DNA from: Mantamonas sphyraenae STR306
Lineage: Eukaryota; Protista; CRuMs
DNA: 64,000 nucleotides
NCBI GenBank assembly: GCA_026936335.1
Contig: JAPMXV010000013.1
Location: 124,001-188,000, forward strand
Reading direction: 5' to 3'
Below, one piece after another: positions 56,010 to 64,000 of the stretch (positions are counted from its first letter, which is position 1; each line of letters starts with the position of its first letter). Made by a program: the position numbers and the translations under genes. The notes beneath the pieces were generated by a model. That model was given only the letters and a program-made list of their open reading frames with translations. It ran no database searches and was not told where the DNA came from.

Positions 56010-57885
56010 TTCGTCTGCGCTGGCTGCAGCCGCCTCAAACATGGGCGACAGGTCTTTGCTGAGGTCCATGGAGCCCCGTGGCGAGCGGTCGTCGATGAGC
56101 ACGTTGTCGTTGCTCTCTGCACCGGCCAGGAGGTCCACGCCCAGGTCTGGCATGGCAAAGTCGTCCTCAATGTCAAACCCTGTGCCCAGCCCGCCAACAC
56201 CCGCACCTGTGCCTCCGTCGCCTCCGCCGCTACCTCCCACCTGTGATGTGTCGATGGCCTCGTCTCGCAAAAAGTCATCCAGGGCGTCCATGTCAAAGGC
56301 GTCTGCTGCTGTTTTGTCCCGCATGCGCATCATCTCGGCCACATCCTTGCGTGCAATGTGGCCACGCACCGTCGCCTGGATCTTCACAATGGCCTCGCGC
56401 TCCTCTGCAGACAGGTGTGCGTCTGCCTGGCCACCGCCGCCGAGAAAGACGGCTTCACGAACACCGGATTTGCGTGGCAGCGTGGGCGTGCTTGCACTCT
56501 GGTTCATGGATGAAGATGACGATGAGGAAGAGGAGCCATACGCTGCATCGTCGTCGTCGTCGTCGTCGTTGCGGAATCCGCTGGGTTTGAACTTGCGTTT
56601 CACAAGGCTGTCTGCGGATTTGCGCGTCAAGGCACTCACCATGTCGGCAAAGTCTGCTTGGCTGCCCTCGAGGTCGTCTCCATCCTCCCACTGCTGGTGA
56701 AAGTGGCAAAGAGCCAACAGCATGCGGCGAAGGGGCACGTAAATGTTCAGATCCACCTTGGACGACACCTCTTGCGCTTCAATAAATTCATACTTGCGGC
56801 AAACGACCTCCATCTGCTTGGTGTCGATCATGCGGATGTGCATCTCCTCCTTGGCCGCTTCTTTGTCCTTGTCCTCCTCCTCCTCATCGTCGTCCTCATT
56901 GTTGTCGGCCTCGCCGTCTGCTTGAGAGTCGCCTTGACCCTCGCCACCGCGTTTCTTCTTCTGCGTGGCCTGTTCCGAACGACGCAACTCGTCCAGCTGA
57001 CGTCTCACCTCGAGTTCTTCCTTTGAGTACAGCTTGTCGCGCTTCTCGTGCTCAAAATAGTCGACTTTGGTGCCAAAGAGGAGGGCGGGCACGGGCAGGA
57101 CCAGGCGCTGGTCGACAGGGATCTCTGGTCCTTCACCTGCGCCAGAAGAGGAAGAAGCACCGGTGAGAAAGGCATTGGTGATGGAACGGCCTGTTTTTGC
57201 GTCTGCGGCGGAGCGCATCTTGCGAAAGTGCTTTTGCACGTTCTTCCACTGGCCAAAGTACGCCTGGTACTTATGGCCGTAGCAGAGCTTGCGCACCTGC
57301 GGCAACCACACCTGAGCCACGCTATCCAGTGTTCGCGGCCGCTCCAGGTCAAAGGTGACGATGACGGCGTCGGCTTTGGCAATGTACACCGAAGGGGTGT
57401 GGTTGAGAATCTCCCCTGGGAGGTCGTAGAACTGAGGTGCGCGCAACCGAGTCAGTGGACACAACTCATGCGTGCACACAGCCACACACACAGACACAGA
57501 CACAGACACACACACTGACCTGTACAAGGGCTCGCTCGCCCGTGGAAAATTGCATCCGCTTGACTCCGATGTTGGCTGTGTGCGGCGGGAGCCGTTACCG
57601 GCAGAGGTAAGCGGGCTGACAGCGGGCTTTGGAAACGCGTAGGGGCTGTGGGAGGACGGCGGAACCACTCTCAAACATACCTTGGTAGGTGGGCTGGTAC
57701 TCGTCAAAGAAGCTGTGGTAGACAAGCCGCTTGAAGAGGGCGGTTTTGCCCGTGCCGCGGTCGCCGAGAATCACCACGCGAAACTCGCGCTCAGGCTGCG
57801 GCGGAGGGGTCTTGATTGCAGGCTTACGCAGGACCAGAGCGGTGATGGGCCTGTTGGAGGCGCCTGTGCTAGCTCCACAGCCCAT
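55599..57885 (-). CDS. Divergent Ras-superfamily GTPase with IQ motif and long acidic tail
   Basis: Exons 57885-57681, 57575-57520, 57431-55599. MGCGAS (myristoyl/palmitoyl), GDRGTGKT (G1), YQPT (G2), DLPG (G3), TKVD (G4), EVSSK (G5), [12 protein letters not shown] (IQ). Confidence 0.8.
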
Positions 57886-57996
57886 GCTGTTTTGGGGGTG
57901 ATTTGGGGCGGGGACGGGTTGCTTTGTTTGGGCGGTTGCACGTGCTGGCCAAATCAAATTCAGCTGCACGGTGTCCGCGCATCCAGGACGGACCAA

Positions 57997-60900
57997 ATGA
58001 GCAGCAACGGTACGTTGGCAATCGCCCTTGGTGATCTGCCGAGCAACGGCGACGGATATCTGGAGCTGAAGGCAGGCGAACAGGTGGAGGTGGTGAGCAA
58101 GGATGAGAGTGGATGGTGGCAGGCAAAGAACAACAAGGGCGAACAAGGATGGGTACCAATGACCTATGTGCGTGAGCTGCCAGCAAGCGAGAGCGCAGAG
58201 ATCGAAAAGAAGGGCGGCGGTGCAGAAAGTGCAACGGCCGCAGAATCTTCCAACTCTGCTGCTGCGCAGGAAAGTGGCGCTGGTGCGACGAATCAGGGTG
58301 CAAACAGTTTATTGTCAGAAAATGTCGCGGAAAAGCGTGAAGAAACAGGAAATACGGATGTAGATGATGCGTCAGGCGGGGATCTTGCGAGTTCGGATTC
58401 AGCTGCAGCACAGAAGAAGGCGGAGGATGAGGCAGCTGCCAAGAAGAAGGCTGAGGATGAGGCAGCGGCCAAGAAGAAAGCTGAGGATGAGGCAGCAGCA
58501 AAGAAGAAGGCTGAGGATGAGGCAGCAGCCAAGAAGAAGGCTGAGGATGAGGCAGCAGCCAAGAAGAAGTCTGAGGATGAGGCAGCGGCCAAGAAGAAGG
58601 CTGAAGAGGAGGCAGCAGCAAAGAAGAAAGCTGAGGAGGAAGCATCAGCAGCAAAGAAGAAGGCTGAGGATGAGGCAGCTGCCAAGAAGAAGGCTGAGGA
58701 TGAAGCAGCAGCCAAGAAGAAGGCTGAGGATGAGGCAGCGGCAAAGAAGAAGGCTGAAGAGGAGGCAGCAGCAAAGAAGAAAGCTGAGGAGGAAGCATCA
58801 GCAGCAAAGAAGAAGGCTGAGGATGAGGCAGCTGCCAAGAAGAAGGCTGAGGATGAAGCAGCAGCCAAGAAGAAGGCTGAGGATGAGGCAGCGGCAAAGA
58901 AGAAGGCTGAGGGTGAGGCAGCGGCCAAGAAGAAGGCTGAGGATGAGGCAGCTGCCAAGAAGAAGGCCGAGGAGGAAGCATCAGCAAAGAAGAAGGCTGA
59001 GGATGAGGCAGCGGCCAAGAAGAAGGCTGAGGATGAGGCAGCGGCCAAGAAGAAAGCTGAGGATGAGGCAGCTGCCAAGAAGAAGGCGAGGAGGAAGCAT
59101 CAGCAAAGAAGAAGGCTGAGGATGAGGCAGCGGCCAAGAAGAAAGCTGAGGATGAGGCAGCGGCAAAGAAGAAGGCTGAGGATGAGGCAGCGGCCAAGAA
59201 GAAAGCTGAGGATGAGGCAGCGGCCAAGAAGAAGGCTGAGGATGAAGCAGCAGCCCAGAAGAAGGCTGAGGATGAGGCAGCGGCCAAGAAGAAAGCTGAG
59301 GATGAGGCAGCAGCAAAGAAGAAAGCTGAGGATGAGGCAGCGGCCAAGAAGAAGGCTGAGGATGAGGCAGCGGCCAAGAAGAAGGCGGAGGATGAGGCAG
59401 CAGCAAAGAAGAAAGCTGAGGATGAGGCAGCGGCCAAGAAGAAGGCTGAGGATGAGGCAGCGGCCAAGAAGAAGGCTGAGGATGAGGCAGCAACAAAGAA
59501 GAAGGCTGAGGAGGAAGCATCAGCAGCCCAGAAGAAGGCTGAGGATGAGGCAGCGGCCAAGAAGAAGGCTGAGGATGAGGCAGCAGCAAAGAAGAATGCC
59601 GATCAGGAAGCCCCCAAGGACAAGCCCACATCATCAACAAAGGCCACAAACAGTGGAACGTCCAGCAAGAAGAAAGCGCTGAATGCATCCACTGGCAATG
59701 CCAACACCGGCCTGGAGAGCACAAAGGCCAAGCAGAAAGGCAAGAAACCGGCTGCTCCGTCCACAGCCAACCACAAGGCTCAGGAGGCCATTCGCAAGGT
59801 GCATACCAAGCCCAAGACAAAAGTGCGCCCCACAAAGCCCCCCAAACCTGTCGACACCGCCATGCAGGGTGTGCCCGCCACCGAGGACGAAACCGCGGTC
59901 ATCCGCGCTGCTTTTGAGCCCCTTGCTTCCCTCAGTGCAGTGGACATCACCGAGATGGCTGCCTTCAAGGTGCCTCCCATGACAGTGCAGCTCGTGTGCT
60001 CTTCGCTCATGCCCGTCATCGGACAGCCTGACGACTGGTCCACAGCATCCAAGCACATGCAGGAAGGCGCAGATTTGATCCGGAAGCTCGCCAATGTCGA
60101 CGTACGCTACCTTTCTGCTCGTCAACGTGGCAAAATCCGCAAGCACATCTCCGGGCTCGATTTCGACGCCATCGCAAGCATATCTGTTGCCGCTGCATCT
60201 CTCTTTCGCTTCGAACAGGGAATACTTGAAGCTTGCAACGTCGTGCAAGGCATCAAAGACCGCGGCGGAGCACTTCCATCCCCTGCAACGCTGCATGGCG
60301 ACGACGCACATGCTGCGATCAACCCCGACCAGCCATCACAACAACCCAAGAAAGAAGCCACTCAGGGCAAGCGCAGGCGCAAGAAGCCACCCACGCCTCA
60401 GGAAGGCGCGCCGCCCAAACCTCCTGCAGACAGTAGCGATCATGACAACCTGGACCAGCTGCTGGCAGACAGCGGCGAGGCTGCGGACACGGGAATGGCC
60501 ACCGTGCGCAAGCCGACCACCAAGCGAAACCAACGTACGCAGCGCTCGCAGCACAACCGCACCACCTCTTCCACACAGTCCACAACATCGACAAACAACG
60601 ACAACAACAACAACCGCAACGCACAACCGCAGCGCCGCAAGAAGAAGGCTCGCCGACCACGCAAGCGCAAACAGCCAGCAGAGCTTGTTCAGCATGAGCT
60701 CGCCGTCCTTGAGGACGAGTTGCAAAAGATCCAAGCACGGCTGTCCAAGCTCACCAAGATCGACCGGCGCAACCTGCTCAAGGACGAACAAGCCCGGGAA
60801 CGCATGTTTCAGAATCGCGTCAACAAGGAGACCGACATCGGCCTGCCCAAGTACGACGCCCTGACCGACCCGCACTGTACCTACACACGCAATCCCCGCG

Positions 60901-61136
60901 TCAAGAAGCTCATGCATGTCGAAAGCGTCGAGCTGCCCTCCATCAAACCCGTTTACACGTTTTCCGTCGTCAAACTCGACGACGACAAGGTGGTTCACTC
61001 GGACGACGGACGTGTTCTCCTCCAACCCTACAAAACCAGTCGCAATCATCAGCAAAAGGCAATGGAGCGGCTTGCTCAACGGCAGCCGCCGCCGCCAGCT
61101 GCGGACCAGCCACAGGAGGTCAATCCTGCCAATTGA
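57997..61136 (+). CDS. SH3 + ([10 protein letters not shown])n rod + dynein stalk microtubule-binding-domain-like protein (apparent 1-nt frameshift at ~59087)
   Basis: SH3 (ALGDL...[13 protein letters not shown]....GWW...GWVPMTYV). Within the repeat, one unit reads aaggcgag instead of aaggc(c/t)gag; the frame from 59088 is open to 61136 and contains [14 protein letters not shown].......W..A and YDALTDPH. Confidence 0.78.
58413..59595 (+). repeat. ~30-bp coding tandem repeat ([10 protein letters not shown]), ~39 copies, with a 153-bp higher-order duplication
   Basis: Unit aagaagaaggctgaggatgaggcagcggcc; block 58591-58743 appears repeated at 58744-58896. Confidence 0.95.
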
Positions 61137-62265
61137 TTGTCACAATACCACCCATGGTTGTCGTCTCTCGCTTCACATCCATCATTTCCCCATCGATGTC
61201 TTCCACCTGCTCGGTGTGCGTTTCCAACACTGCGTACCCGCTGAGCGCCTCTTCCATGCTCCCAGGCACCATGGACTCTGCGGCTCGCTCTTCCTCCAGA
61301 AGTACCGACGACGATAACGACGCCGACGATGCGCCTGCGCTGCCTTCACGCAGATGCGACGACGACGCCTCCACCAAATCCTGCACCCAGTCTTTGCCCT
61401 GTCCGTCCAGCTCTTTCGCCCATTCCGGCTCGTAGTTCAGTTCAATTCCCTGTGCAAATGCCTTTACCTTTGCTTTGTGCTCCTCCGACATCTTGGTCAC
61501 GTGGCCTTCGCTCTGCAGACTCGCTTCCAGCTTCTCACGCAAGCTCACCTCCGTCTCCCCGGCCTCTTCTGAGCCCTCATCATCTCCCTCGCCAGCTTCC
61601 AGAGCCACGTACCCCAGGTCTTCCGCACTCGGTTCCCCTTGCCTGTGGATTCCCTCAAACATCATCTCCATGCGCTGTGCCTGAAAGTCGAATTCCGTCT
61701 CCTCCTCGTCCGACTCGCCGCCTAGCTGCGCATATGCTCCAAAGTCTTGGTCAAAGGAGCTGAATGCCTCCTCATACTCGTATTCCACCACCTGCACCAC
61801 GGTGCCCTCGTGTTCCATGTCGTGCAGCGCGCTAGCACGTCGGATGGTGTCGTTCTTGCCCAGCTCCGCCGCCTCGCCAAACTCGGGCGTCTCGTCGCCC
61901 AAGCTCTCCTGTGCAAACGCACTGTCAAAGTCTGCAAACTCTGCAAAGCCCGCCTCTGCTTGCTCGCCCTCCTGCTGTCCCTGCTGGCCCTCGGTCTCAA
62001 CCTGTGTCCAGTCCACGCCTCCGACATCCGCCTGCGTTTGCCGGGCCGCCTCCACCCGCCGCTGCAGCATGGCAGCACTCGCCTGCTGCGCACGTTCCAT
62101 GCTTGCGGCAATGGCTGCGTCCGCTAAGCTTTCACTGCCACTCTCCATCACCAGCTGCGCTCGCAGGGCCTCTTCCAGCGCCTTGGCGTCAGGAACCCGC
62201 TCCATCGCTCTCTCGCAGGTCTCTCTTGGCCCCGACCGCGCCAATCCAACCTTGGTCGTAGGCAT
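61120..62265 (-). CDS. Acidic protein with MEA1 (male-enhanced antigen 1)-like motif
   Basis: MSEEHKAKVKAFAQGIEL.YEPEWAKEL....DW resembles MEA1 MDPEHVELVKRTMAGVSL...PAWAREI...W. Start uncertain (62265 or 62205). Confidence 0.55.
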   Translation of the reverse strand: MPTTKVGLARSGPRETCERAMERVPDAKALEEALRAQLVMESGSESLADAAIAASMERAQQASAAMLQRRVEAARQTQADVGGVDWTQVETEGQQGQQEGEQAEAGFAEFADFDSAFAQESLGDETPEFGEAAELGKNDTIRRASALHDMEHEGTVVQVVEYEYEEAFSSFDQDFGAYAQLGGESDEEETEFDFQAQRMEMMFEGIHRQGEPSAEDLGYVALEAGEGDDEGSEEAGETEVSLREKLEASLQSEGHVTKMSEEHKAKVKAFAQGIELNYEPEWAKELDGQGKDWVQDLVEASSSHLREGSAGASSASLSSSVLLEEERAAESMVPGSMEEALSGYAVLETHTEQVEDIDGEMMDVKRETTTMGGIVTINWQD

Positions 62266-62402
62266 GACAGGTGCGTTGGGGACTCCATTCGCAGGGAGAC
62301 ACAGCACAGGGACACTTGGACAAGGTGCACGTGGCACACCGGACACCGCTGACACGGCCGCGCGCCTCCACGCAGATCTCCAGGGTCTGAAAACGACCAC
62401 CA

Positions 62403-64000
62403 ATGCCAGGGGCGAAGAGGAGATGAGTGTGGAGAGCTGGCAAGAGCTTCGTGCGAGGCTGGGTCTGAAGCCCCTGCGTACAGGGTCATCCAAGGCAAAG
62501 GGCAAGCAGAGCAAGAAGGCTGACGAGCCGGCTGAAGCGGAAAGCGAGCTCGATCAGGGCTCGCTGGCGTCCATCAAGGACAGGCTGGTGCAAGCACGCA
62601 AACGACGCATCCGAGCACAAGCCGAACAGAACGAAGGCGACTCGTTTTCGCTGGAGAGTGGCCTCGGGAGCACGCAGAAGGAGGCGTCGGCCGCGGAGTG
62701 GGCAGCGCAAATGCGCGCCCGCCGCGAGCGCAACAAACAGGAAACCGCAGCCAAGCTGGCAGCCGCTGACGAAGAGGACATGGACGAGGAGAACAACGCC
62801 GCGGTGGATGCATACACCACAGCACACCTGAAGGGGCTCAAGGTGGCGCACAACACAGATGCGTTCCAGCAAGGCCAGGAGATCATCCTGACGTTGAAGG
62901 ACTCGGCGGTGTTGGATGAACACGGCAACTTGAACGAAGAGGCAGACGCGTTGGAGAATGTGAATCTGCGGGACGTGGAGATTGCAGAGCGGAACAAGAA
63001 GCGCAAAAGCGCGTCCAAGGTGTACAATCCGTTTGAAGAGGACGAGTATGACGAAGAGGGAAACAAGGTGCTGCTGAGTCAGTACGACGACAAGGAGGCG
63101 CGGGAGGAAGCTGCACGCGGGTTTGTGCTGGACGGCGTCGATGCAGAGGCAGAAGCGGCAAAGCAAGCGCAGCTGGCTCGTGTGCGTGCACGTCTGCAGG
63201 CCATGGCCGGTGGGGCAAAAGCACTCAAGGCAGCGGCGGCTGAGGAGGACGACACACACGTGGGCGAACTGATGGATGAGGAAACACGAGAGGCCATGTC
63301 GACGATCAAGACGGGAGGAGGCAAGGACGGCAAGGAGAAGAAGAAGAAGAAGAAAAAGAAAAAGTTGCGAAAGAAGGACAAGGAGCAATCCAAGAGATTG
63401 GATGAGGCGGTGGTTGCCATGCAGGCCGAGCAAAGCAGGCGGTTGAACAGCGCACAGATCCTCCGAGACGTTGTACTTGACGACGAGGACGCAGAGGAGG
63501 AGGCCATGGCCGATGCTCTGGCACGCACCAAGCCCAAACGTGCAAAGAAGAAGCGTGTGGAGCAGCAGCCGACACGCAGGCGCACACGCAGCATGGATCG
63601 CGAGGAACACGAGGTGGAAGAGGCCGAGGTTGCCGACCCGGCCATGGTGGACGATGACGACAATGCACGATGGATGGCAGAGAGGCTGAAACAACGCGAG
63701 GAGCATTCAGCAAGCGCAGGCATGGACACAGAGGGCACGTCGGGTGGCACGACGGACGACGGTGACGCACTTGTGTTTTCCTCCACAACCGACTTTTTGC
63801 AGGGGTTGCGTTCTATCCAGCGCGGCAAACAGGAACAAGAGAGTACTACGGCACGCAAGAACGCCGAGGCTGCGGCACAGGCTGTGCTGGACGAGGTGAA
63901 GCAGGAGGAAGAGGAAGAGGAGGACGACGACAAAAGGCAAAGTGGCACGCGCACGAGCAAACGCGAACCACACCTCGACGTTGAAGCAACCACAGCAGGC
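62403..64000 (+). CDS. SART1: U4/U6.U5 tri-snRNP protein SART1/Snu66 (3' end beyond window)
   Basis: HIND-like MSVESWQELRARLGLKPL, then LKGLKVAH....F..G.EIILTLKDS.VL, LENVNL and LLSQYDD. Missing from the ORF track because there is no stop in the window. Confidence 0.9.

Noticed and set aside
58413-59595. 30-bp repeat array as a CRISPR or satellite
   Set aside because: No unique spacers. Variation is mostly at synonymous positions of an in-frame [10 protein letters not shown] peptide.
62486-63993. Minus-strand ORFs of 304-406 aa
   Set aside because: Antisense to SART1, which is open on the plus strand to the window end.
1-64000. Non-standard genetic code, prokaryotic contamination, transposons or viral insertion
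   Set aside because: Conserved genes translate cleanly in the standard code with TAA, TAG and TGA all used as stops. Spliceosomal introns occur throughout, and no transposase, integrase, reverse transcriptase or capsid motifs were recognised.

Overview
Gene-dense, GC-rich eukaryotic nuclear DNA in the standard genetic code, with short GT-AG introns that often end in CACAG. It probably comes from a compact-genome flagellated protist, since it encodes centrin-3 and cilium-type proteins. I reconstruct 27 protein-coding genes, about 1 per 2.4 kb, mostly arranged head-to-head or tail-to-tail with tiny or negative spacers. Two real genes are missing from the ORF track because they run off the window: a giant (>3200 aa) secreted adhesin-like protein on the minus strand (1-10177) and SART1/Snu66 (62403-end). 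Recognisable conserved genes are ABCE1, DDX55/Spb4, an MTG1/RbgA GTPase, MRM2/RlmE, a PsuG-PsuK fusion, a tandem TARG1 macrodomain protein, XLF/NHEJ1, centrin-3, TRIC/TMEM38, an OSCA/TMC-like channel, a small TOM subunit and an MEA1-like protein. The most unusual items are: (1) the giant adhesin, with a Sib-like head, 19 copies of a ~121-aa DDPDDxD repeat and bacterial-type DUF11/D2 repeats; (2) a double-HSF-domain protein fused to a BC-box/LRR E3-adaptor module; (3) an SH3 + long charged helix + stand-alone dynein microtubule-binding-domain protein; (4) two divergent genes whose likely start codons overlap in one CATG. No rRNA, tRNA, CRISPR array or transposase was found. All family assignments come from motif recognition by eye and need database confirmation.
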